Assembly: GCA_021786355.1 (NCBI GenBank)
Contig: JAJYNK010000011.1
Span: forward strand, 1 to 52,322
Length of the DNA stretch: 52,322 nucleotides
Source of the DNA: a bacterium
GTDB lineage: Bacteria > Patescibacteriota > Minisyncoccia > UBA6257 > UBA9933
Direction of reading: 5' to 3'
Every line of letters starts with the position of its first letter. Position 1 is the stretch's first letter. The notes under the pieces were generated by a model, which was not told the origin of the DNA, searched no databases, and was given only the letters and a program-made list of their open reading frames with translations. A program made the translations under genes and the position numbers. Of this stretch, positions 19,296-28,200 are shown in pieces.

Positions 19296-20183
19296 ATGAA
19301 TATAATTAAAAACAAAAAATATTTTCTCGGATTTTCCGGAATAATTGTTGTTTTAAGTATTGTTATGATGGCAATATTCGGTTTTAAAACCGGAATAGAT
19401 TTTGAAGGAGGAACGCTTTGGCAAATAAAAGGCGACATTGCCGCGCCTCAGCTACAGTCATTTTTTGAAAATAATTTAAATGTTAAAAACATAACGGTTT
19501 ATCCGGAGCCGTCCAGCCAAAGTTTTTTGGTGCGTTCCAACGACATTAGCGAGGCTAAGCATCAGGAGTATTTAACCGCGTTAAAATCCAATTTTAAAAA
19601 CATCGAAGAACTTCGTTTTGAATCTGTCGGCCCGACAATCGGAAAAGAGTTGAAGACCAACGCTTACGAGGCGATTGCTTTGGTTCTTTTGGGAATTTCC
19701 ATTTATGTCGCCTACGCGTTTAGAAAAGTTTCTTTTCCGGTTAAGTCTTGGAAATACGGAGTAATAACGCTGATAACTCTTTTCCACGACGTTATTATTC
19801 CCGCCGGCATGTTGGCGATTTTAGGGAAAAAATTTGGAATAGAAATGGATACTAATTTCATAGTCGCGCTTTTGGTTGTTATGGGTTTTTCGGTTCACGA
19901 CACTATCGTTGTTTTTGACCGGATAAGGGAGAATCTTACGCTTAGCCGGGGAAAGATTGATTTTGACGAAGTGGTTGATAAAAGCATCAATCAAACGATG
20001 GCGCGCTCAATCAATACCTCTTTAACTCTTGTTTTAGTATTAGTGGCGCTTTTCGTTTTTGGCCCGGTTTCTCTTAAATATTTTATTTTGACGATTTTAG
20101 TAGGCACGATTTTTGGAACATATTCCTCAATATTTATTGCCAGTCCCTTATTGACAATTTGGAACAAATTTAGTAGAGTTTAA
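19296..20183 (+). CDS. secF: Protein translocase subunit SecF
   Basis: GIDFEGG, VGPTIGKEL, GFSVHDTIVVFDRIREN, GTYSSIFIA. Confidence 0.96.
   Translation: MNIIKNKKYFLGFSGIIVVLSIVMMAIFGFKTGIDFEGGTLWQIKGDIAAPQLQSFFENNLNVKNITVYPEPSSQSFLVRSNDISEAKHQEYLTALKSNFKNIEELRFESVGPTIGKELKTNAYEAIALVLLGISIYVAYAFRKVSFPVKSWKYGVITLITLFHDVIIPAGMLAILGKKFGIEMDTNFIVALLVVMGFSVHDTIVVFDRIRENLTLSRGKIDFDEVVDKSINQTMARSINTSLTLVLVLVALFVFGPVSLKYFILTILVGTIFGTYSSIFIASPLLTIWNKFSRV
20151..20179 (+). promoter_or_regulatory. Candidate sigma70 promoter for the gene at 20329
   Basis: TTGACA-N17-TAGAGT at the end of secF. Confidence 0.5.
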
Positions 20184-20191
20184 AAAATGTC

Positions 20192-20325
20192 CAGTACTAC
20201 AACTTCGACAAATTCTTTCTTTTTTGAGAATTAAAAGCATATTAGTATTGGGTAAAAAGAATAAAATTATTTAATTAATAACAACCTCGAGAATCAATAT
20301 AAAAACAATCGAAGTTGTAGTACTG
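20192..20325. repeat. 134-bp segment bounded by perfect 17-bp inverted repeats
   Basis: CAGTACTACAACTTCGA (20192-20208) / TCGAAGTTGTAGTACTG (20309-20325), ending 3 nt before ATG 20329. Confidence 0.85.
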
Positions 20326-20328
20326 AGA

Positions 20329-21369
20329 ATGACCCAAGTTTCTAAAATTATAAGCAGCTTAATTAGCGATATTTCAGAGCGCCAACAGGACATTTTAGTT
20401 GGTCGTTTTGGTTTGTCCAAAGACGGCGAAACAAGAACTTTGGCGGATTTGGGAGAAGAATACGGAATTACCAGAGAACGAGTCCGCCAAATCGAAGCGG
20501 ATGCTTTGGTATTAATTGCCGAGCGGGTAAATTCCAGAAATGATGTTCTGGGGATTATTAAAAAGTCTCTTGATCATCTTAGAAGCGTCGGCGGTCTCAA
20601 AAGAGAGGATTATTTTGTCGATGATTTGAAATTTTTGTTCGGCGATGATTCTTTGGGCTTCAAACAGGCTCGCTTTTTATTCGCTGTCTCCGGTTCTCCT
20701 ACGCTTTATGAGTCTGACGATGATTATTTCGATTTTTATTATGTTGACGAACCTGCTTTAGATAATGCCCATGAATTTGTTAAAAACGCCGCTAAATTTT
20801 TTGCCGATAAAAAAGAACATCTTGTTTTTCAAAATAAGTTCGCGCCGCTTGTCGAAGAATTAGCCAGAAATCACAAACTTAGCGAATTTGTGGCATTGAA
20901 TTATTTAATCGCTTCAAAAAAATTCGGAGTCAATCCTTTCAATGATTTCGGGCTTAGCCACTGGGAAGAAATTAATCCCAAAACAATAAGAAGCAAAGCT
21001 TATTTGGTTTTGAAAAAACAGGGAACGCCTCTTCATTTTCGCGATCTTTCCGATTTGATAAACAAGTGGAGCGACGCCAGAAAACGCGCCTACGCGCAAA
21101 CGGTTCATAACGAGCTTATCAAAGACAACCGGGTGGTTTTGGTTGGCAGAGGAATTTACGCTTTAAAAGAACATGGATACTTGCCCGGAACTTGCCGGGA
21201 AATCATCGTAAAAGTTTTAAAAGACAAAGGGCCTCTTAGCAAAGACGAAATAATGGACCATATTTCCAAGCAGAGAATTTTAAAGACCAACACAATACTT
21301 CTTAATCTTCAGAACAAAAAACATTTTAAAAGGACTCCTGACGGCAGATATCGTTTGGTCCGCTCCTAA
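20329..21369 (+). CDS. Sigma70 region-4 HTH protein with C-terminal winged-helix (HARE-HTH-like) domains
   Basis: RFGL...TLADLGEEYGITRERVRQIE; C-terminal PLHFRDL...TVHNELIKDNRVVLVGRGIYAL; lacks sigma region 2. Confidence 0.8.
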   Translation: MTQVSKIISSLISDISERQQDILVGRFGLSKDGETRTLADLGEEYGITRERVRQIEADALVLIAERVNSRNDVLGIIKKSLDHLRSVGGLKREDYFVDDLKFLFGDDSLGFKQARFLFAVSGSPTLYESDDDYFDFYYVDEPALDNAHEFVKNAAKFFADKKEHLVFQNKFAPLVEELARNHKLSEFVALNYLIASKKFGVNPFNDFGLSHWEEINPKTIRSKAYLVLKKQGTPLHFRDLSDLINKWSDARKRAYAQTVHNELIKDNRVVLVGRGIYALKEHGYLPGTCREIIVKVLKDKGPLSKDEIMDHISKQRILKTNTILLNLQNKKHFKRTPDGRYRLVRS

Positions 21370-21383
21370 TTTATTTTTCTTTT

Positions 21384-21453
21384 AGTCATTCAGAGTCTCG
21401 CTTAGAGGGGCGAAGAATCTCGCTGAGATTCCTCGCTTCGCTTCGGAATGACT
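21384..21453. repeat. Gene-less GTCATT...AATGAC palindromic element related to the GIY-YIG flanks
   Basis: AGTCATTCAGAG...GCGAAGAATCT-CGCTG-AGATTCCTCGCTTCGCTTCGGAATGACT. Confidence 0.75.
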
Positions 21454-21493
21454 TAGCGGTGATTTTTGCTCCAAAATATCTTATAATTAAAAA

Positions 21494-22819
21494 ATGACAG
21501 GTAATTTTCTTCTTGATTTAGAACTTAATTTTTTTAAGAGCCTAGGCGTTATTTTATCTTACGCGGGGTGGTTTATAATTCCCGCTATTTTATTCGTTCT
21601 TTTCTGGGAGTTAAGACTTCGTTTTATCCGCCGGGCTTTTATAAAAAAAATGGATTTTAAGATAATGGAAGTTAAAATCCCAAAAAATATTTTTATAACC
21701 GCAAAAGCGATGGAGCAAATTTTTGCGGCGATGTATTCCATTTACTCTTTCGGCGCTTTTAAAAATTGGGAAAAATACGTTTTGGGAAAAGTTGAAACAT
21801 TCGCTTCTTTTGAAATTGAAGGATCTTCCGCCGGCGTCCGGTTTTATATTTATCACCCGGCGCGACTGAGAAAACTTATCGAAGTGGCGATTTATGCCCA
21901 GTATCCCAACGCGGAGATACACGACTCTTTTGATTACGCAAAATCCACGCCGATTCATTTGCCAAACAGCGAATACGAGGTTTGGGGAACAAACTTTATT
22001 TTAAACAGGGAAAATTATTATCCCATAAAAACCTACGCGTATTTCGAAGAAACAGAAGAAGAAAAAAGAATCGATCCGCTGGCGCACATTGTCGAAGTTA
22101 TTTCTAATTTAAAGGAGGGAGAAAGAATATGGTACCAGGTGATAATCGCCGGCACCGGAAAACCGACGGGAAACGACTGGCAAAAAGAAGGGGAGGATAA
22201 AATTTCCGAAATAGCCGGCCGTAAAAAAGAAGACAAAAATAAATTTAGTGTTTGGGGCGAGTTTAATATGTGGGTTGCCAATTTTTTCAAAGCGCCATTT
22301 ACCGATGTTAATTGGGGCGAAGAAAAAAAGGAAGAAAAGCCAGCTTCTAAATTCCTGACTCCCGTCGAACAAAATATAGTAAAAGCCATTAACGGAAAAA
22401 CCGCGAAACTGGGATTTGAAACCGTTATCAGGATTATTTATATAGACCAAAAAGAGGCTTTTACTCCGTTAAACATCGCTTCAATACTGGGCACTTTTCA
22501 GCAATTTGGAGCCTCTGATATAAATTCTTTCAAGCCTGGCGGGGAAATAACGGGAGTGGGTAATTTTTTATCCAAAATCAGCTCCCGCTATAAAAAAATG
22601 ATGGAATTTACAAAAAAACGGGCGATTTATTTTGCTTATATAAATCGCAGATTTGGCAAAACAAATTGGGAAAAAAAGGAAAAATTTCCTGTTTTAAATA
22701 CAGAAGAACTCGCGACTATTTATCACTTCCCGAGCTTGACGATTGAAACTCCTCAGCTCAGGCGTTTGGATACTAAAAAAGGCGGCCCGCCAAAAGGACT
22801 GCCAATAATAAAAATGTAA
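21494..22819 (+). CDS. Conserved membrane-anchored hypothetical protein typically paired with CPR VirD4/TraD-like ATPases
   Basis: N-terminal TM, AMEQIFA, SFEI, AQYPNAEI, C-terminal LNTEELATIYHFP...PPxxLP. Confidence 0.7.
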   Translation: MTGNFLLDLELNFFKSLGVILSYAGWFIIPAILFVLFWELRLRFIRRAFIKKMDFKIMEVKIPKNIFITAKAMEQIFAAMYSIYSFGAFKNWEKYVLGKVETFASFEIEGSSAGVRFYIYHPARLRKLIEVAIYAQYPNAEIHDSFDYAKSTPIHLPNSEYEVWGTNFILNRENYYPIKTYAYFEETEEEKRIDPLAHIVEVISNLKEGERIWYQVIIAGTGKPTGNDWQKEGEDKISEIAGRKKEDKNKFSVWGEFNMWVANFFKAPFTDVNWGEEKKEEKPASKFLTPVEQNIVKAINGKTAKLGFETVIRIIYIDQKEAFTPLNIASILGTFQQFGASDINSFKPGGEITGVGNFLSKISSRYKKMMEFTKKRAIYFAYINRRFGKTNWEKKEKFPVLNTEELATIYHFPSLTIETPQLRRLDTKKGGPPKGLPIIKM

Positions 22820-22926
22820 AATTTAAAAATCAAAATGTAAAATTTTGGCAATCGTCTACGATGGTATTAATGAACTTTAAATTTTAATCTGCCATTTTTA
22901 ATTTTGATATTTAATATTTAAATTTA
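22811..22926. repeat. AT-rich bipartite ~7-nt period element, copy 2 (diverged)
   Basis: AAAATGTAAAATTTAAAAATCAAAATG...TTTTAATCTGCCATTTTTAATTTTGATATTTAATATTTAAATTT; resembles 19163-19294. Confidence 0.65.
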
Positions 22927-22927
22927 T

Positions 22928-24430
22928 ATGGATGACATAACAGTAATCGGAAAAACAAATTTTAGAAATCAAGAAGTTAAATTTGGCATCAAAGCCCAGG
23001 ACAGAAGAAGGCATATGTATGTTATCGGCCAAACCGGAACCGGCAAAACGACCTTGCTTGAAAATATGGTTATTGACGATATCCGCGCGGGTCGCGGCGT
23101 GGGCATTATCGACCCTCACGGAGAATTTGCCGAAAAAATTTTGGAATTTATTCCCGAAGAGCGCGTTGATGATGTTATTTATTTTAACCCGGCCGACGTA
23201 GATAATCCGATCGCTTTCAATCCTTTGGAAAAAGTAGGAATGGAATATCGGCACCTTATCGCATCCGGCATAATGGGCGTCTTTAAAAAGATTTGGGTTG
23301 ACGCCTGGTCGGCCAGAATGGAATATATTTTGAACAATACCTTGTTGGCGCTTTTAGAGTTTCCGGAATCAACTCTTTTGGGGATAATGAGGATGTTTTC
23401 GGACAAAGATTACCGTAAAAAAATCGTTGACAATGTCCAGGATCCCGTTATTAAAGCTTTTTGGGAAAATGAATTCTCCCGCTATTCCCAGCGTTTTGAA
23501 GTGGAAGCGGTGGCGGCCATTCAAAACAAAGTCGGCCAGTTTGTTTCTAATCCTTTAGTAAGAAACATCATTGGCCAAACCCATTCAACGATTGATTTGA
23601 GAAAGATAATGGATGAAGGAAAAATCTTAATCGTTAATTTGTCAAAAGGAAGGATAGGCGAGGATAACTCTGCTCTTTTAGGGGCGATGCTGATAACCAA
23701 GCTTCAGATGGCGGCGATGTCTAGAATTGACATTCCCGTGGATAAACGCCGAGACTTTTATCTTTATGTGGATGAGTTTCAGAATTTTTCAACCGAATCA
23801 TTCGCCAATATTTTATCGGAGGCCAGAAAATACGCCCTAAATTTGACTTTAGCGCATCAATATATAGAACAGCTTGATGAAAAAGTCAGGGCGGCTATTT
23901 TCGGAAACGTAGGCACGGTGATTCTTTTTAGGGTCGGAGCTTTTGACGCCGAGTTTTTAGAAAAGCAATTTATGCCCGAATTTGAAGTCAATGATTTGGT
24001 TAATCTTCCTAATTACCATATTTATTTAAAGCTTTTAATAGATGGCGTTTCCGGCAAGCCGTTTTCAGCCGCCGCGCTGGCGCCGATTTCAATGATCGGT
24101 GAATCGTATTCGGACGTTCTTATCGAAAATAGCCGGAGAAAATACAGCGTTGCAAGATCGATTGTTGAAGAAAAAATCGCTTCCGAGTGGAGCGCCGGAG
24201 TTGCTTCCGCCCAGGATAAAGTATTTCGCCGCGAAGAGAGGCCAGTTAGGGAAGTTTTAGATGGAGGGGGGATTATAAAAAATGAAGCGATGCGAATAAA
24301 AAAAGACGTTATCCAAAAAGAAAGGCCCAATGTGGATATCGGGGATTTGCAGAAATCCATCAGAGAATCGCTGGAAAATAAAACAGAGGAAGGAAAACCT
24401 TCAGCAGAAGAAAAGAACCCAGAACAATAG
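22928..24430 (+). CDS. VirD4/TraD/HerA-like coupling ATPase
   Basis: DRRRHMYVIGQTGTGKT Walker A, IDPHGE, LYVDEFQNF Walker B, SEARKY, AHQY. Confidence 0.88.
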   Translation: MDDITVIGKTNFRNQEVKFGIKAQDRRRHMYVIGQTGTGKTTLLENMVIDDIRAGRGVGIIDPHGEFAEKILEFIPEERVDDVIYFNPADVDNPIAFNPLEKVGMEYRHLIASGIMGVFKKIWVDAWSARMEYILNNTLLALLEFPESTLLGIMRMFSDKDYRKKIVDNVQDPVIKAFWENEFSRYSQRFEVEAVAAIQNKVGQFVSNPLVRNIIGQTHSTIDLRKIMDEGKILIVNLSKGRIGEDNSALLGAMLITKLQMAAMSRIDIPVDKRRDFYLYVDEFQNFSTESFANILSEARKYALNLTLAHQYIEQLDEKVRAAIFGNVGTVILFRVGAFDAEFLEKQFMPEFEVNDLVNLPNYHIYLKLLIDGVSGKPFSAAALAPISMIGESYSDVLIENSRRKYSVARSIVEEKIASEWSAGVASAQDKVFRREERPVREVLDGGGIIKNEAMRIKKDVIQKERPNVDIGDLQKSIRESLENKTEEGKPSAEEKNPEQ

Positions 24431-24437
24431 GAATAGT

Positions 24438-24467
24438 TCTGTCATTGCGAGCGTAGCGAAGCAATCT
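24438..24467. repeat. Left palindromic end of GIY-YIG cassette
   Basis: TCTGTCATTGCGAGCGTAGCGAAGCAATCT. Confidence 0.85.
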
Positions 24468-24497
24468 CTTTTCTTTCCGAGAATATTTTGTTGTTCT

Positions 24498-24785
24498 ATG
24501 GATAAGCAATATTTTGTATATTTTATGACCAATAAAGCTAATACAGTTATTTATGTAGGCATCACCAATAATTTAAAAAAGAGGGCTCATCAACATAAAA
24601 ATAAATTAATGAATGGCTTTACAAAAAAGTATAATGTAAATAAACTTATTTATTACGAAATATACGATAATGCGTATAACGCGATTTCAAGAGAGAAACA
24701 AATCAAAAGCGGCTCAAGGCAGAAAAAGATTAACTTGATTAATAAAATAAATAAAGAATGGAAAGATTTATATTATGAATTGTAA
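24498..24785 (+). CDS. Small GIY-YIG nuclease family protein
   Basis: YFVYFM...IYVGITNNLKKR...FTKKYNVNKLIYYE...AISREKQIK...W; ATG 24498. Confidence 0.92.
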   Translation: MDKQYFVYFMTNKANTVIYVGITNNLKKRAHQHKNKLMNGFTKKYNVNKLIYYEIYDNAYNAISREKQIKSGSRQKKINLINKINKEWKDLYYEL

Positions 24786-24821
24786 AGATTGCTTCGTCGC
24801 TTCGCTTCTCGCAATGACAGA
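24786..24821. repeat. Right palindromic end of GIY-YIG cassette
   Basis: AGATTGCTTCGTCGCTTCGCTTCTCGCAATGACAGA, inverse of 24438-24467. Confidence 0.85.
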
Positions 24822-24868
24822 TAAAAGTTTTAGTCATTGCGATTATATTAAATATTAAGAATTTTATC

Positions 24869-25441
24869 ATGCTTTATACCGACTTAAAACCCGGAACCTG
24901 CGTAATTATTGACGGCCAGCCATGCGTGGTTTTGGAATATGAATTTTTAAGAATGCAGCAGCGAAAGCCCGTGGTTAAAACCAAACTTAGAAATTTAATT
25001 TCCGGTAGCATTTCCGAACGTTCTTGGCAGCCGTCCGACGACATAAAAGAGGCGGAAATTGAAAGGCAGAAATCCCAATTTTTATATTCTCATCGGGGAG
25101 AATTTTGGTTCACGGAAGCAAATAATCCCAAAAATCGGTTTAGTTTGAAAGAAGAATTTATCGGTTCGATTAAAGATTTTTTAAAAAATAATTTAGAAGT
25201 TATGGCGATAAAATTCGACGAAAAAATAATCGGCATCGAAATTCCGATAAAAGTTGATTATAAGGTTATTGAAGCGCCTCCGGCCATAAAAGGCAACACT
25301 GCTCAAGGCGGAACAAAAACCGTGATTATTGAAACCGGCATCAAAGTTGCCGTCCCGCTTTTTATAAATGAAGGGGACATTATTAAAATAAATACTCAAA
25401 GTGGAGGGTATGCGGAAAGGGCAGAAAAGGGCGGTCTTTAA
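24869..25441 (+). CDS. efp: Elongation factor P
   Basis: DLKPG...VKTKLRNLISG, PAIKGNTAQGGTK, VPLFINEGDIIKINT. Confidence 0.93.
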   Translation: MLYTDLKPGTCVIIDGQPCVVLEYEFLRMQQRKPVVKTKLRNLISGSISERSWQPSDDIKEAEIERQKSQFLYSHRGEFWFTEANNPKNRFSLKEEFIGSIKDFLKNNLEVMAIKFDEKIIGIEIPIKVDYKVIEAPPAIKGNTAQGGTKTVIIETGIKVAVPLFINEGDIIKINTQSGGYAERAEKGGL

Positions 25442-25484
25442 GGCCGAACTTGAATAAATAAGCCTCTGGCTTTACTATTTCTCC

Positions 25485-26687
25485 ATGGATGCAAAAGATT
25501 TAAAAAAATCAGTTGTTTTTGTGATGATGTCCGGAGGAGTAGATAGCTCCGTGGCTGCTTTTTTGTTGCAAAAACAAGGATATAAGGTTATCGGCTGTTT
25601 TATAAGGGGTTATAATGTTGACGGCTGTCAGGAAAAAGAATCTGAAGACGCCCGCCGGGTTGTCGAATATTTGAACATTCCTTTTTATGTGGTTGATTTG
25701 GAAAATGAATATAAAAAACTCGTGGTTGATTATACTGTCAGGTCTTATAAAGAAGGAATTACTCCCAATCCGGACGTGATGTGCAATAAAGAAATAAAAT
25801 TCGGATTGTTTTTTAAAAAAGCGATTGAATTGGGAGCGGATTATGTGGCAACCGGGCATTACGTGAGGCTTGGTTTTCGGGATATTTTTCGCGGAACCGG
25901 CCGTCTTCTTGCTCCAGCGGCAAGAAGCGGCCTTGGCTCTCGGCTTATTCGCCCCGCCTACGGCGGGGGCCAAGCCGAATTAGCCTCCGAGACATTCCGC
26001 TCAAAAACCCCCGAAAAACTCGCCAGTTTTTATTTAAGGGAGGCCAAGGATAAAAACAAAGACCAATCTTATTTTTTGTGGACTTTAAAACAAAATCAGC
26101 TCAAACGTTGTTTGTTCCCCATCGGCGATTATGAAAAACCGGTGGTAAGAAAAATCGCCAAAAAAGCCGGGCTGCCTACGGCCGAGAAAAAAGATTCTCA
26201 GGGGATTTGTTTTTTAGGAAAAGTTCCGATGGAGGTTTTTTTAAAAAAATTCATTTCACCCAAAAAAGGAAAGATTGTTAATTTGGAAGGAAAAAAAATA
26301 GGCGAGCATCAGGGAGTTTATTTTTATACCATTGGCCAGCGGCATGGGCTCGGCATTGCCGGGAAGCGTCCTTTTTATGTGGCGGAAAAGGATGCGGTTA
26401 ATAATGTCATAAAAGTTGCCCAAGGCAGCGATGACCAAAACTTATTTAAAAAAGAAGCCTATTTAAAAGCGGTTAATTGGATAAGTGGAGAAGTTCCCAA
26501 AGAAAAAATGGAGGTTTTGGCAAGAGTAAGATACAGGCAGCCGCTTTCTCCCGCTTCCCTTTATAAGCTAAAAGCTGACAGCTATAAGCTAATTTTTGAT
26601 TCTAGTCAAAAATTCGTGGCCCCTGGCCAGTCAGCGGTATTGTATAATAAGAAAGGGGAAATGCTGGGCGGCGGCATCATAAGTTAG
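25485..26687 (+). CDS. mnmA: tRNA 2-thiouridylase MnmA with ~50-aa palindromic insertion
   Basis: MSGGVDSSVAA, TPNPDVMCNKEIKF, ATGHY, KDQSYFL, DSQGICF, TIGQRHG, APGQSAV. Confidence 0.96.
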   Translation: MDAKDLKKSVVFVMMSGGVDSSVAAFLLQKQGYKVIGCFIRGYNVDGCQEKESEDARRVVEYLNIPFYVVDLENEYKKLVVDYTVRSYKEGITPNPDVMCNKEIKFGLFFKKAIELGADYVATGHYVRLGFRDIFRGTGRLLAPAARSGLGSRLIRPAYGGGQAELASETFRSKTPEKLASFYLREAKDKNKDQSYFLWTLKQNQLKRCLFPIGDYEKPVVRKIAKKAGLPTAEKKDSQGICFLGKVPMEVFLKKFISPKKGKIVNLEGKKIGEHQGVYFYTIGQRHGLGIAGKRPFYVAEKDAVNNVIKVAQGSDDQNLFKKEAYLKAVNWISGEVPKEKMEVLARVRYRQPLSPASLYKLKADSYKLIFDSSQKFVAPGQSAVLYNKKGEMLGGGIIS

Positions 26688-26699
26688 AATTTTAAAAAA

Positions 26700-27518
26700 A
26701 TGATTATCTTGCTCTACGGGCCGGACAATTACAGGCGAAGTCAAAAATTAAAAGAAATAAGCCAAAACTATGGACAGAGGCAATCCCTTTTTTCTTTGGA
26801 GAAATTTGATTTTGAAGATAACGAAGAGTTTTACCGCTTCAAGGATTTTGCCGGCCAGCAACTTATTTTTGAAGGAAAAAAACTTGCCGTATTAGAAAAT
26901 GCTTTTAGTCTTGGAGAGGAAAATTCAGAATCGTTCAAAGAACTTTTAAAAGAAAATATCAAAAACGAAAACGTGATTTTAATTATTTCCGACAGCCGCG
27001 AACTTCCCGACGAATTTAAATTTGTTTTAGACGAGGCGATTAAAATTCAAGAATTCACTGAACTTGACGAGGGGAAAATGAAATTTTTCATAAGAAATGA
27101 AGCGAAGAAAAGAGGAGTGGAATTCAGTCTTGCCGCGGAAAATTTTCTTTCCGCTTTTTTCAAAAACAATACTTGGGGGTTGATTACCGAAATTGATAAG
27201 CTTCAATCTCTTTATCAAGAGCCCGCTAAAATAGAAGTCAGCGATCTTGAAAGAGCCGGAGATTTTTTTAAATCTTCCGACATCTATAATTTTATAAACG
27301 CTGTTTCTAATAAGGGAAGTTTGTCTGAAAAATTAAAAAACTTGGAAAGCCTTTTTTTGAATCACGAAGAACCAGCCATGATTTTTAATTTCCTGGCCGC
27401 TAACCGCTTTTTGAGCTTTGATTTATTAAAAAAAATGGCCGACTACGATGTTTTGGTAAAGTCGGGCCGAATAGATTACGAAACCGCGCTTTTGGATGTC
27501 TGTTTGCTCCGCATATAA
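26700..27518 (+). CDS. holA: DNA polymerase III delta subunit-like protein
   Basis: MIILLYGPDNY N-terminus, EIDKL, C-terminal D..VKSG; divergent and short. Confidence 0.7.
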   Translation: MIILLYGPDNYRRSQKLKEISQNYGQRQSLFSLEKFDFEDNEEFYRFKDFAGQQLIFEGKKLAVLENAFSLGEENSESFKELLKENIKNENVILIISDSRELPDEFKFVLDEAIKIQEFTELDEGKMKFFIRNEAKKRGVEFSLAAENFLSAFFKNNTWGLITEIDKLQSLYQEPAKIEVSDLERAGDFFKSSDIYNFINAVSNKGSLSEKLKNLESLFLNHEEPAMIFNFLAANRFLSFDLLKKMADYDVLVKSGRIDYETALLDVCLLRI

Positions 27519-27555
27519 AAATTTATCTTAAACAGGCTCACTCTTACTCATTCTG

Positions 27556-28095
27556 TTATTCAATCAAACCGAATTCCCTAAAAGATTGTTGATAAACTTT
27601 TAGAACATTGACTGCCTCTTCAAAAGTAATTTTAAAATCTTCTTCGTTGGCTCTAGCGGCGATTTTGTGGGCTTCCAATAGTTCTTGGCTATTAGTTATT
27701 TTTTCCGATGTTAAATGACTTAAACGTTCTTCCAGATCTTCTCCAGGATATGCGCCTGCTTTTAAAATCTCATCTAAAATTTTATCCGCCTCGGTTAAGG
27801 CCGCCTTTATCTGCTTTTCGTCTTTTGTTTCAAGGCGTTTTTTGATTGTTTTCCAGGCTTTTACGGAGTATCGTTTTCCAAAATCCCGAAGCCCAAAATA
27901 TTTAACTTCCAGAGCCGCCACTTTTTCATCGAAGAGATTGAGTTTTATAATATAAAAAATTACCAGCCAAAAAAGAATAGCCGATAAGATAAAAGCTATA
28001 AAATTTAACAGCCAAAGCTTGTCTAGATAAAAATTAACCAAATTGGCAAAAAACTCCGCGACAAATTTATTAATAGATAAAATTAACGTGTCCAT
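27556..28095 (-). CDS. Conserved hypothetical membrane-anchored protein
   Basis: One TM then AW..I..RL...ALTEADKILDEILK..YPGEDLEERL helical domain. Confidence 0.65.
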   Translation of the reverse strand: MDTLILSINKFVAEFFANLVNFYLDKLWLLNFIAFILSAILFWLVIFYIIKLNLFDEKVAALEVKYFGLRDFGKRYSVKAWKTIKKRLETKDEKQIKAALTEADKILDEILKAGAYPGEDLEERLSHLTSEKITNSQELLEAHKIAARANEEDFKITFEEAVNVLKVYQQSFREFGLIE

Positions 28096-28131
28096 AAATA
28101 TGTAAAAATAAATAAATTATATACGAGGTTC

Positions 28132-28200
28132 ATCCCGTTAGAAGTAGCCCGCCCACAGGTCCTTCGGACGCGCAAGCGCGGATGCGACTTCTAACGGGAT
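28132..28200. mobile_element. CCCGTTAGA-family element, copy 2 (14-bp terminal inverted repeats)
   Basis: ATCCCGTTAGAAGT / ACTTCTAACGGGAT with GC-rich interior; supplies the gatA stop codon. Confidence 0.75.

Noticed and set aside
21494..24430. Conjugative element or ICE
   Set aside because: The VirD4-like ATPase has no relaxase, VirB4, integrase or att sites nearby, and this gene pair is commonly chromosomal in CPR.
24330..24497. N-terminal extension of the GIY-YIG ORF
   Set aside because: It overlaps the upstream gene and reads through the palindrome; ATG 24498 gives a typical-length protein.
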